Below, piece by piece: positions 24,887 through 33,705 of a DNA stretch of 42,047 nucleotides. Under the pieces are notes generated by a model. The model did no database searches and was not told where the DNA came from. It saw only the letters and a list, made by a program, of their open reading frames with translations. Each line of letters begins with the position of its first letter. Position 1 is the first letter of the stretch. Source of the DNA: Candidatus Levyibacteriota bacterium (lineage in GTDB: Bacteria; Patescibacteriota; Microgenomatia; Levybacterales; UBA12049); the NCBI GenBank assembly GCA_016204535.1, contig JACQKL010000041.1, positions 1 through 42,047 on the forward strand. Direction: 5' to 3'. Both the position numbers and the translations under genes were made by a program.

Positions 24887-26050
24887 TTATTTTACAGTTA
24901 GTATACCATTTGTGGGCAGAATTTCAAACCAAATAGTTCCTTTGTTTAACTTTATGGGGATTCCTGCATTGTCAAAAAGGAGGGTTTTTGCTGTTCTGGT
25001 ATCTTTTCTCCAAGTACCAATAATTTCGCGACCATCCATAAAAATATTGGCTTTTCCTGTTCCTTTTGTTCTATACAGTAAATGCAGGTTATTCTCATAA
25101 CCATCATTGGCACGACTTTCTACCATTTTTAAAACTACAATATTTTTTGCAGTCAATTGTTTATTGTTGTTACGATCGATATGCTTTACCTCCCCATTGC
25201 TTCTTTTGTACAAATTAGTTATTGGATCATATGTCCAATTGACAAAGTAGTCAGGATCAGTTGTCCAAAACTCTAAATGTATTTTTTGCGCTGTTGGTCT
25301 TTGAGACGTGGCTACATCTTCTTTAAAGTCATAAGGAACGAAACCCTTAGTCCAAGCAATTCCATCTTCATCTTCAACTTTTAATTTCCTGGAGGTGGCG
25401 GCAAATTGTAAAAGTTTTTCGGTTGTTGAATACATTGTATGTTCCGTTGCCGCAGGATGTCCCAGTCTATCATAATCTCTCCAAAAAGTAGGAAAACCAA
25501 TAGAAAATTGGTTCAGGTCATTTTTGCCTGCCCAACCATAATCTTCAAGCTGAGATAACGCATCAGCGGGCCCATCTTGATTTGCTCCTCCTACATGAAC
25601 ATACAAGGGGCTCGCTCCATATTCCGAGATAAAATCTAAGAAATATGTCCTAGCACTTCTAATTGGCCCGACTTCCTCGCTATTTTGACAATAATATACG
25701 GACAAGAATCTTGTTATTCCGCCTTCTGCTACTGCCTCATAGATTACATCAGCTGAAGAAAGACCGGATTGGGGACGTGCCTCTTGGTGATTCTCTATCA
25801 TTATACCTACAGGCCTATGTTTTTCCCACCATGCCCGCTGCTCCTTGGAATAAAGTGTTCCATTAATAGGGCATTGTTCTGTTTTGGGAAGAGTCTCGTC
25901 GAAAGTAAGCTTTGTTCCGGTTCCGGATGTAGGCTGAGAAGTTTTAATAATCTTAGATGTAGGATTTTCCGAAAAAAGGAAGTACGATGTTCCAGTGGAT
26001 ATTAAATAAATAACTGCAATAAGCGCGATGCTTAATAATCTATTTTTCAT
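24887..26050 (-). CDS. DUF3048 (YerB-like) secreted/lipoprotein
   Basis: 387 aa with a signal anchor. RPVGIMIENHQEARPQSGLSSADVIYEAVAEGGITRFLSVY is the characteristic DUF3048 N-domain pattern. Confidence 0.75.
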   Translation of the reverse strand: MKNRLLSIALIAVIYLISTGTSYFLFSENPTSKIIKTSQPTSGTGTKLTFDETLPKTEQCPINGTLYSKEQRAWWEKHRPVGIMIENHQEARPQSGLSSADVIYEAVAEGGITRFLSVYYCQNSEEVGPIRSARTYFLDFISEYGASPLYVHVGGANQDGPADALSQLEDYGWAGKNDLNQFSIGFPTFWRDYDRLGHPAATEHTMYSTTEKLLQFAATSRKLKVEDEDGIAWTKGFVPYDFKEDVATSQRPTAQKIHLEFWTTDPDYFVNWTYDPITNLYKRSNGEVKHIDRNNNKQLTAKNIVVLKMVESRANDGYENNLHLLYRTKGTGKANIFMDGREIIGTWRKDTRTAKTLLFDNAGIPIKLNKGTIWFEILPTNGILTVK

Positions 26051-26085
26051 AGTTCGATAAACTCACTATTGGGGCTTTGCCTAGC

Positions 26086-26547
26086 TCAGCTAGGCTTTGC
26101 TTCTTTGAGAGCTTTTGTTTCTTCATCTGATAAATCATGATCGACCGATTTACCTTTTATTACTTTTTTCGCATACCATCTTGTTCCGGTTCGGGCATAT
26201 AAACCGGAAATTACCACACCCGTATCATTTCCATCCACCAAAGATAAAATAAAACTTTGATTTCCTCCCGTATCTTTGAAAGGATTAAAGCGCACCAAAC
26301 CTATTTTTTGAATATGTAAAAATCCCTCTTCTTGTATTTTATCACAATATAATTTTAAATAATGGATATCTTTTTTCGCAAGATTAATATCTTTTAAAAT
26401 ATTTTCTATTACTGATTTGAAGTTTTTGTCTGTTAAGCCGTGAACGAGTTTATTGTAATGAGATAATGCTCTTGAAAGCAATACTGTAAGAACTACAAGC
26501 CATAAAATAATTACAAAAAAAGCAAAGAGGATAAAATCTGATGGCAT
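26086..26547 (-). CDS. DUF4446 family membrane-anchored protein
   Basis: 153 aa with an N-terminal TM helix. LVRFNPFKDTGGNQSFILSLVDGNDTGVVISGLY matches the DUF4446 core. Confidence 0.7.
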   Translation of the reverse strand: MPSDFILFAFFVIILWLVVLTVLLSRALSHYNKLVHGLTDKNFKSVIENILKDINLAKKDIHYLKLYCDKIQEEGFLHIQKIGLVRFNPFKDTGGNQSFILSLVDGNDTGVVISGLYARTGTRWYAKKVIKGKSVDHDLSDEETKALKEAKPS

Positions 26548-26571
26548 AGATTATTGATATATCTTAGCCTC

Positions 26572-26600
26572 TTGACAGCTTCGTGTCAATAGTGTAGTCT
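26572..26600 (+). promoter_or_regulatory. candidate promoter
   Basis: TTGACA 26572-77, 17-nt spacer, TAGTCT 26595-600, then 9 nt to ATG 26610. Confidence 0.4.
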
Positions 26601-26609
26601 TTTGCTCAT

Positions 26610-26873
26610 ATGGGAGTTAAGCACAAAAAGACTCGTAAGCAAAAAATTATCGCAGACTCTCGTCACCAAGTCTACGCTTGGGAAAATAAAACCTCTCTCC
26701 CTACTCCCACAATTAATACTGTAATCGTTAATAAAAACTCGGATGTTTATTCTTATATTTTACATGATGTTTTGAAAACAGGACTACTGACATTCTCTAT
26801 TATTATAGGGGAATTAATTCTTTTTTTTCTTCTTAAGAATCACATAATCAAATTACCCAATATTATTTATTAA
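26610..26873 (+). CDS. hypothetical small protein with C-terminal TM helix
   Basis: 87 aa with a basic N-terminus and one hydrophobic helix. The promoter is in the right place. Confidence 0.5.
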   Translation: MGVKHKKTRKQKIIADSRHQVYAWENKTSLPTPTINTVIVNKNSDVYSYILHDVLKTGLLTFSIIIGELILFFLLKNHIIKLPNIIY

Positions 26874-26918
26874 AAAACAAATCGAGTCTGACTCGATGAA
26901 AGGAGGTGACAAAGTAGT

Positions 26919-27062
26919 ATGGCATCGATGTATTGCGTAAAATGCAGAGCAAAAAGAGAAGATCCCAATGCTCAAGCGGTTACGATGAAAAATGGCAAAC
27001 CAGCAATGAAAGGTAAATGCCCAGTCTGCGGAACAGGAATGTACAAGATTGGAAAAGCCTAA
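26919..27062 (+). CDS. DUF5679-like zinc-ribbon protein (47 aa; below the ORF-track length cutoff)
   Basis: My translation is MASMYCVKCRAKREDPNAQAVTMKNGKPAMKGKCPVCGTGMYKIGKA, with CxxC...CxxC. Strong SD AAAGGAGGTGA at 26899-909. Followed by terminator T1. Confidence 0.8.
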   Translation: MASMYCVKCRAKREDPNAQAVTMKNGKPAMKGKCPVCGTGMYKIGKA

Positions 27063-27124
27063 ATTTGCTTGGAATAATTTCTTGAGGGATTAGAAATTAT
27101 TCCTTCAAGAACAAAATGAAGACT

Positions 27125-27151
27125 CCCCGCACCAAAGTGCGGGGTTTCTTT
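27125..27151 (+). terminator. intrinsic terminator T1 (after the DUF5679 gene)
   Basis: CCCCGCAC-CAAA-GTGCGGGG followed by TTTCTTT. Confidence 0.8.
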
Positions 27152-27167
27152 AAGGTTCAGTCTGAAA

Positions 27168-27242
27168 CCCCGTACCGAAAGCCCCAAATAAACTATCTAT
27201 CCTCCTCATTCTCTGACAAGGCAGGGCTTTCTGGTGCTGGGG
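27168..27242. repeat. 75-bp bulged inverted-repeat element flanked by TGAAA direct repeats
   Basis: Arms CCCCGTACCGAAAGCCC (27168-84) and GGGCTTTCTGGTGCTGGGG (27224-42) form 17 bp with two 1-nt bulges and one G-U. The loop is about 38 nt and contains CCTCCTC. TGAAA lies at 27163-67 and 27243-47. Confidence 0.7.
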
Positions 27243-27244
27243 TG

Positions 27245-27278
27245 AAAACCCCGCGTTTCGGCGTGGGGTTTTTCTTTT
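27245..27278. terminator. bidirectional intrinsic terminator T2
   Basis: AAAA-CCCCGCGT-TTCG-GCGTGGGG-TTTTTCTTTT, with a UUCG tetraloop. It has an A-run on one side and a T-run on the other. It lies 24 nt downstream of the reconstructed EEP stop on the minus strand. Confidence 0.8.
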
Positions 27279-27302
27279 ATCAGCAATTACTGAGGAGTAA
27301 AC

Positions 27303-28063
27303 TTAAATTTCAAGCTCGCAGATGAGGGGCATGTGGTCAGAGACATCAACCAACGGCATATAATGATTAATAATTTTCATGTTTTTACTTACAAAACCAT
27401 ATCAACAGCCGCTGTTGCATACCCTGGCAACTCCTTATGCTTCATATTAAATGTCGATGTTAGTTCGTTATTAAAAACACTTTGTAAGTATACCTCTATA
27501 TTCTTAATGGTTTTTGTATTGGGATCCATATTAAAATCCCCTGCCAAGATGACATTTTTCTTATCTTTGATCTCCCTGACAATAGTTTTGCTCATCGCCA
27601 GTCTTCTTTCGTTGTCTTTTCCGTCAAACCCCCAAATTCCATGCATACTGTATAAGTTAATATCTTTATTAGAGACTGTGATATTTGCACCCAGCATACT
27701 TCTCGGAGTAAACTGAATTCTCTTACTGTAGATATCCAGTTTTTGCGAATTAAATTCTCCAAAGGAGATATCAAAAAAAATTGATCTTTTATTTTGCAAT
27801 GGAAACTGTGAGAAAATTGCATTTCCCTTAGGAATTTTGCCAATCGATCGTTTATCAATAAATGATGCCCCAAAAGAATAATAAGGATAATTTAATTTCT
27901 CCGCAAGAACACTAAAACTCTTGTATTTGAAATCTAAATTTCCTGATCCATTATGCACTTCTTGAAGCAATGCAATGTCAGGATTTTCCTTGTGAATAAA
28001 ATCTATTATTCTTTCAAGCAGCTCTCCTTCCCAAATATTAAGTGTTAATATTTTAATTTTCAT
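27303..28063 (-). pseudogene. endonuclease/exonuclease/phosphatase (EEP) family gene interrupted by a 1-nt frameshift
   Basis: The 224-aa ORF (27389-28063) has the EEP N-terminus LTLNIWEG...LLQEV but stops at ...VDMVL. The -1 frame continues VSKNMKIINHYMPLVDVSDHMPLICELEI to a stop at 27303-05, carrying the family's SDH catalytic motif. The break is at an A4 run (27393-96, plus strand). Confidence 0.75.
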
Positions 28064-29630
28064 TTCCTTTGTAATGAATCAGCCTGTATACTTTTACGAC
28101 CGATACGTCCCAAGAATCAGTAATCTGTGCTCTACCAAAACCTGCGATTTCCCACAGAGAATTTCCTAAAGGATGACAATTTGGAACTGTTTCGCAAACG
28201 ACCAATAGTTGATTTGTTACCGTTTTTCTATTTGGGTCTATTTTTTCATTATGAATTACTGTTGGTTCTTTTTGCCAAACTGTAAAAAAATAGCGGTATG
28301 CGTGATCGGAATTGCCACCTGTTATAAGCGCAAAATTGAAAGGTTTATTATTTGTTTTTTCGAGTACAAATTTAGAAATTGTTTCGGTTTGTAGCAACTG
28401 CCTGTTAGCAGATGCTTTAAAGGGGGGGGTTAGATTATTAAGATAAATTATAATTATCAGAATAAATATTACCAGAAGTTTTCCTATTTTTTTTTGCCAC
28501 AAGTTTTTCAGAAAAAAAGCGATAATAAGAAATGGCAGCGGAAACATAAAGCCAAAATAATAATCATAGATGGATTTTTTATAAAATCCGAAAAGCCCCA
28601 CCCCAAAAACAAACCAAACGACAATTAAACTAATTTTTGTAAATTCTAAAGAACGTAATTTATATTCTTTGAAACATTTAAAGAATAAAAATCCAACACT
28701 GACAATTCCCAAGATAAGAGTTGTCGAATACCAAAGATCAATATTGACTTTTGTAAATAAAGAAACTTTATCAGGCGGCGGAAAATTAGTTATTAATCGT
28801 CCAAAAAGCCTAAAAAAAACATTACCGACTGTCTCAAAAAAGCGACCGCTTCCATGAGTATCCACCGGATTAAAAATAAAATTAAATATACTGATTATAT
28901 TTGGGAAGCCATGGCGAATTTCAAAAGCCAAAAACAGAGACCAACCAACAACAAAACCTATAAAGAAAGCTCCGTATTGTTTTAAAATCCTTGGGAAAAA
29001 ATTACTTTTTGAATAGACAAAATGATACGATAATAAATAAACAAAGATAACTACTCCCAAAAACAAAGCCAGATAATGAAGCTGCATCGTAATTCCAAAA
29101 AGCAACCCTGAGAGAATAAAAAGCTTAACGTTATTATTTTTAACTGCTTTATAAATAAGATATAGCGTTGAAAGGGAAAAAAAAGGCATAAGATTTGGAT
29201 TCCACGAAGACCTGGAATAAATAACAACTAAAGGAGAAATTGCAAAAACTCCTGAGGCGATAAGTCCGACAAAAGAACCAAAAAATTCTCTCCCAATTTT
29301 GTAAATTATTCCAACTGTCGCAACCCCAAAAAGCGCAACCATTATTGCAGGACCAACCGGATTATAATTAAAAAGCCAAAGAAACGGAGCCATGAAATAG
29401 TAATATATTGGCCCTAAGAAAAATCCGCCAACAGAAGCTGTAGGCCCAAGCAAAGTTAAATCTCCGTGTAATATTTTATAAACAACTAGAACATCTCTTC
29501 CCTCGTCTCCTAAAAAAGTCATATAATCCGTAATTTTGTAAAGCCGATAGAAAGAGGCAATAATTAGAATAAAAATAAAAATAATCTTGTCGTAATTTTT
29601 TAATAAGAATTTTAAAAGAGGAATTTTCAT
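28053..29630 (-). CDS. GT-C fold glycosyltransferase (GT39/PMT/ArnT-like, polyprenyl-phosphate-sugar dependent)
   Basis: 525 aa with at least 10 TM helices. First-loop acidic motif FLGDEGRD and a soluble C-terminal domain. Confidence 0.8.
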   Translation of the reverse strand: MKIPLLKFLLKNYDKIIFIFILIIASFYRLYKITDYMTFLGDEGRDVLVVYKILHGDLTLLGPTASVGGFFLGPIYYYFMAPFLWLFNYNPVGPAIMVALFGVATVGIIYKIGREFFGSFVGLIASGVFAISPLVVIYSRSSWNPNLMPFFSLSTLYLIYKAVKNNNVKLFILSGLLFGITMQLHYLALFLGVVIFVYLLSYHFVYSKSNFFPRILKQYGAFFIGFVVGWSLFLAFEIRHGFPNIISIFNFIFNPVDTHGSGRFFETVGNVFFRLFGRLITNFPPPDKVSLFTKVNIDLWYSTTLILGIVSVGFLFFKCFKEYKLRSLEFTKISLIVVWFVFGVGLFGFYKKSIYDYYFGFMFPLPFLIIAFFLKNLWQKKIGKLLVIFILIIIIYLNNLTPPFKASANRQLLQTETISKFVLEKTNNKPFNFALITGGNSDHAYRYFFTVWQKEPTVIHNEKIDPNRKTVTNQLLVVCETVPNCHPLGNSLWEIAGFGRAQITDSWDVSVVKVYRLIHYKGNEN

Positions 29631-29640
29631 ATATGGAGTC

Positions 29641-30771
29641 TCATTTTTTATTTTTTCTCCAAATTACTTTACGATACATCGTAAAATTCCAAATCAAGAG
29701 TAAAAAAGTTCCAATGAGGAAATAAATTCTATAATATTTCTCACCATATAGCATATCGCCAAGCTGAATTGTTCCCGACTGAATGAGGGCGACCCCTGTA
29801 TTTGATGTCGTAAAGAAACCAATCATTTTTCTGAAATAAGAAAAAATATTATTTGCTTTCTGATCTTTAAATGTCCAAGCATTGTTAAAATTAAAGTTTG
29901 AAAAGATTGCAAATTGTGCTGCTATTAAGTTTGATAATGCCAGAGGAAGCATGGTACTTCTTACCAATATCTCGTATAAAACTGCATTTATAATAAATCC
30001 AAATCCCCCTACAGCTAGAAATTTTCCGAATTTCCCAAGGATTAATTCTTTTATTCTTGAGAAAATAACATATGCAACCACATTCAAAATATAATCAATT
30101 GGTGCAATCTTTGAATTTCCCAAAGTCCTATCGCTAAAATGAAATGGAACCTCAGCAATTTTGAACCCATCTCTAATGGCTTTATGCAGAAACGATATTT
30201 GAAATATATAACCTTTATAGTTCGTTAATTCATCTTTTTCCTTCAAAAATACTTCTTTTTTAATCGCCCTATATCCACCGGTCCAATCATGTACGGAGAA
30301 TTTTGTAAAGACTATCTTTACAAAAAGGTTTGCAACTATAGAAAATATCTTTCTTAAAAGTGGCCAGTTATGGGGTATCGAACCACCATCGCTATATCGA
30401 TTACCAACAACCATATCGTACCCCTCATCTATTTTTTTAAGAAATTCCGGAATTTTAAGTGGATCATGCTGTAGGTCTGCATCTATTTCAAAAACTACCT
30501 CCGCATCCATTTTTTCGACAGCATATGTCATCCCCCTAATATAGGCTGCTCCCAATCCTTTTTTTGATCCAGTCGAAATATAAACGTTCTTCCATTTTTT
30601 CATTAATTTTCGGACTTCTTCTCCTGTTCCATCCGGAGAATTATCATCAGCAACCAAAATGCTCATTTCATGATTTTTTATTTTGGGAAAAACTTCTTCT
30701 TCAAGTATTGTAATTAAACGCTCTATATTGCCCTTTTCGTTATAGGTTGCTGAGATGATAACAACTTTCAT
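29641..30771 (-). CDS. GT2 polyprenyl-phosphate glycosyltransferase (Dpm1/ArnC-like) fused to a GtrA-like membrane domain
   Basis: 376 aa. SATYNEKGNI, ADDNSPDGT and DADLQHDP form the GT2 (GT-A) core. The C-terminal 4-TM segment KFLAVGGFGFIINAVLYEIL is GtrA-like. Confidence 0.85.
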   Translation of the reverse strand: MKVVIISATYNEKGNIERLITILEEEVFPKIKNHEMSILVADDNSPDGTGEEVRKLMKKWKNVYISTGSKKGLGAAYIRGMTYAVEKMDAEVVFEIDADLQHDPLKIPEFLKKIDEGYDMVVGNRYSDGGSIPHNWPLLRKIFSIVANLFVKIVFTKFSVHDWTGGYRAIKKEVFLKEKDELTNYKGYIFQISFLHKAIRDGFKIAEVPFHFSDRTLGNSKIAPIDYILNVVAYVIFSRIKELILGKFGKFLAVGGFGFIINAVLYEILVRSTMLPLALSNLIAAQFAIFSNFNFNNAWTFKDQKANNIFSYFRKMIGFFTTSNTGVALIQSGTIQLGDMLYGEKYYRIYFLIGTFLLLIWNFTMYRKVIWRKNKK

Positions 30772-30783
30772 GATTCGATAAGT

Positions 30784-31737
30784 TCAAAGACTTTTAAAGT
30801 AATTTATGGTTTTTTTTAAACCATCTATTGTTGTAATTTTTGGCTCCCATCCTAAAATTCTTTTCGCTTTAGATATGTCAGGTTTTCTTCCCTTAGGATC
30901 ATCGATAGGCAAATCTTCAAATACAATTTCCGATGAGGATTTGGTCATATTTTTAATGAGTTTGGCGATGTTTAGAATTGTCCTCTCATCAGGATTGCCC
31001 AAATTAAATACTTCCGCTTTTGTGTTGGGAGAAAACATTGCCAGTTTTATTCCTAAAACCATGTCGTCAACAAAACAAAGACTTCGAGTCTGAGTTCCTT
31101 TTCCATAGACCGTAATAGGCTTACTATTGATTGCTTGATTAATAAAGTTAGAAACAACTCTTCCGTCGTCTGCTCGCATTAACGGCCCATAAGTATTAAA
31201 AATACGAATAACTCTAGCATCTAGGTTGTATTTGCGAATATAACTAAAAGTGATTGCCTCGCCAAACCTTTTTCCCTCATCATAACAAGACCTTATGCCG
31301 TTTGGGTTAACGTTCCCAAAATAATCTTCTTTTTGAGGAGAGATTGCGGGATCACCATAAATTTCTGAAGAAGAAGCGAATAAAAATTTAGCACCATATT
31401 TTAGAGATAATTCCAAAAGATGATATGTTCCAACCGAATTGGCAAGTAAAGTCTCAATTGGATAGTTAATATAACTTCGCGGGCTTTTTTTGTTTGGGGA
31501 AGCAGGAGAAGCCAAATGAAAAATATAGTCTAAATTCTGATTCTGCTGAATTGGCCTCATGATATCATGCTCTAGCAAAACAAACTGTGGGTTATTGAGA
31601 AGGTTTTTTAAATTATTTTTATCACCAGTGATAAAGTTATCAACGCAAAAAACTACGTAATTATCGTCTAATAAGCTTTGACATAAATGTGAACCAATAA
31701 ATCCTCCCCCTCCGGTAACTAACACTGCTCTCTGCAT
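30784..31737 (-). CDS. uxs: UDP-glucuronate decarboxylase (UDP-xylose synthase)
   Basis: 317 aa SDR with GGGGFIGSHL, SSSEIYGDP and the UXS-typical YDEGKRFGE. Confidence 0.8.
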   Translation of the reverse strand: MQRAVLVTGGGGFIGSHLCQSLLDDNYVVFCVDNFITGDKNNLKNLLNNPQFVLLEHDIMRPIQQNQNLDYIFHLASPASPNKKSPRSYINYPIETLLANSVGTYHLLELSLKYGAKFLFASSSEIYGDPAISPQKEDYFGNVNPNGIRSCYDEGKRFGEAITFSYIRKYNLDARVIRIFNTYGPLMRADDGRVVSNFINQAINSKPITVYGKGTQTRSLCFVDDMVLGIKLAMFSPNTKAEVFNLGNPDERTILNIAKLIKNMTKSSSEIVFEDLPIDDPKGRKPDISKAKRILGWEPKITTIDGLKKTINYFKSL

Positions 31738-31740
31738 ACA

Positions 31741-32712
31741 TTATTTTTCTTTTCTCTCTAGTGCCAAATCGGCTTTGACCATCATCTCCACCAATTCTTT
31801 AAAGTTTGTTTTTTGCTTCCATCCCAAAACTTTTTTGGCTTTCGTCGCATCTCCAATTAAATAATCAACTTCTGCCGGTCGCAGGTGTGCAGACCTATTT
31901 GATACTACATACCGATCCCAATCATTTATTCCAACTGTTTTGAATGCCAAATCCAAAAATTCTTTTACACTATGATTTTCGCCTGTTGCAATTACATAGT
32001 CATCGGCCTTTTCTTGCTGCAGCATAAGCCACATCGCTTCGACATAATCTCCAGCAAACCCCCAATCTCGTTTTGGTTCCAGGGCACCCAGTTCAAGTTT
32101 TTCTTGTTTGCCAAGACTTATTCGGGCCACTGCATGACTTATTTTTCTGGTTACAAATTCCAGCCCTCGCCTTGGTGATTCGTGATTAAAAAGAATACCT
32201 GAACAGGCAAAAATATCAAAACTTTCCCGATAATTCACAGTTATATAATGGCTATATACCTTCGCAACTCCATATGGACTTCTGGGATGAAATCTGGTGG
32301 TTTCTTTCTGAGGAGTTTCTGTTACCTTACCAAACATTTCCGAAGAAGATGCCTGATAGAATTTTATTTTCGGATTTACACTTCTTATTGCTTCTAGAAG
32401 CCTGGTTACCCCTAAAGCTGTAAATTCCCCTGTCAATACAGGCTGATTCCACGAAGTCTGAACAAATGATTGCGCAGCCAAATTATAAACTTCATCAGGC
32501 TGGGCCTCCAAAAGTGCTGACGATAACGATCCTTGGTCCAATAAATCCCCCTGTAAAATAGTAATTTTATCTTGAATATGTTTTATTCTCTCATTATTTG
32601 TAGTACTCGATCTTCTTGTTGTCCCATATACTTTATAACCTTTATTCAGTAAAAATTCTGCAAGATATGAAGCATCTTGGCCCGTAATCCCAGTGATTAA
32701 AGCTCTTTTCAT
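31741..32712 (-). CDS. gmd: GDP-mannose 4,6-dehydratase
   Basis: 323 aa with [34 protein letters not shown] and YGVAKVY, the canonical Gmd pattern. Confidence 0.92.
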   Translation of the reverse strand: MKRALITGITGQDASYLAEFLLNKGYKVYGTTRRSSTTNNERIKHIQDKITILQGDLLDQGSLSSALLEAQPDEVYNLAAQSFVQTSWNQPVLTGEFTALGVTRLLEAIRSVNPKIKFYQASSSEMFGKVTETPQKETTRFHPRSPYGVAKVYSHYITVNYRESFDIFACSGILFNHESPRRGLEFVTRKISHAVARISLGKQEKLELGALEPKRDWGFAGDYVEAMWLMLQQEKADDYVIATGENHSVKEFLDLAFKTVGINDWDRYVVSNRSAHLRPAEVDYLIGDATKAKKVLGWKQKTNFKELVEMMVKADLALERKEK

Positions 32713-32739
32713 AAGAAAAATTGCAGTTATCTAACCATT

Positions 32740-33705
32740 TTAGATCATCTTTCTCCAATAGTCCAGAGTTTCTTTAAGTGTTGTCGCAAGAGGAATCTGC
32801 GGTCTCCAGCCTGTAAGTTTGGTGAATTTATCAGCATTACATACTAACTGTGGATTGTCATTTGGTCGAAACAAAGTTTTATCTTCTACTACTTTTATTT
32901 TTGAGAAAGATAGAGAAACTAATTTCTCTAATATTTCGGAAATTTTATAAGCTCTCCCCGACCCTAGATTGTACACTTCTCCATCCTTTCCCTTTTGAGT
33001 TGCAAGCACATAAGCATTTACCATATCTCTTACATCGGTAAAGTCTCTTTTTGCTTCCAGATTTCCTACTCGCAAAATAGGTTCCTTTTTACCCTTCTCA
33101 ATTTCTGAAATTTGCTTAGCAAAAGAGGAAACAACGAAATGTGGTGATTGTTTGGGGCCGATATGATTAAAAGGCCTAACCCTCACTATCTTAAGTCTGT
33201 AAGCTAAAAAATAGCTAAGTCCCAGAAAATCCTGTGCAATCTTAGATACACTGTAAGGACTAGTTGGCATGAGTGGCGTCTCCTCATCAATAGGTAGATA
33301 CTTTTCTTTTACCAATCCATAGATATCCGCAGAAGAAACAATTAAGATTTTTGTCTTAAATAAGTTATTTTTCCTAACCGACTCCAAAAGATTAACTTGT
33401 AAAGAAATATTATTATTTAAAGTCTGAATTGGATTATTAAAACTGTCAAAAGGCGAAGTTAGAGCAGCCAAATGAAAAATTATTGCTGGAGACGTGTTTT
33501 TAATCATATCAAAAACATTTTTTGTCCTGGATAAATCTATTTTTATTAGGTTTAATTTGTCTTTTATTTCTTGAATATTTTTTAAACTTTCTTCCAATAA
33601 GTAGGTTCCGCTGATATCAAATTTCCCTGTCAAAAGAAGATGTTTGGCAAGGTAACTTCCGGCAAATCCCGTAACTCCTGTTATGAGGACTTTTGTCATA
33701 GTCAT
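32740..33705 (-). CDS. rmd: GDP-4-dehydro-6-deoxy-D-mannose reductase-like SDR (Rmd-like)
   Basis: 321 aa with LITGVTGFAGSYLAKHL and YSVSKIAQD. It sits next to gmd and its start overlaps the ugd stop. The SDR family is secure but the Rmd specificity is inferred. Confidence 0.6.
   Translation of the reverse strand: MTMTKVLITGVTGFAGSYLAKHLLLTGKFDISGTYLLEESLKNIQEIKDKLNLIKIDLSRTKNVFDMIKNTSPAIIFHLAALTSPFDSFNNPIQTLNNNISLQVNLLESVRKNNLFKTKILIVSSADIYGLVKEKYLPIDEETPLMPTSPYSVSKIAQDFLGLSYFLAYRLKIVRVRPFNHIGPKQSPHFVVSSFAKQISEIEKGKKEPILRVGNLEAKRDFTDVRDMVNAYVLATQKGKDGEVYNLGSGRAYKISEILEKLVSLSFSKIKVVEDKTLFRPNDNPQLVCNADKFTKLTGWRPQIPLATTLKETLDYWRKMI

Noticed and set aside
27389-27396. Programmed -1 ribosomal frameshifting as the explanation for the split EEP gene.
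   Set aside because: The site (G GTT TTG TAA) is not a canonical X XXY YYZ slippery heptamer, and I see no downstream pseudoknot or hairpin at the right spacing. A homopolymer error or a real mutation is the simpler explanation.
27116-27716. Plus-strand ORFs 27116-27325 and 27333-27716.
   Set aside because: The first is read straight through two terminators and the inverted-repeat element. The second is antisense to the EEP gene. Neither has motifs or a plausible start context.
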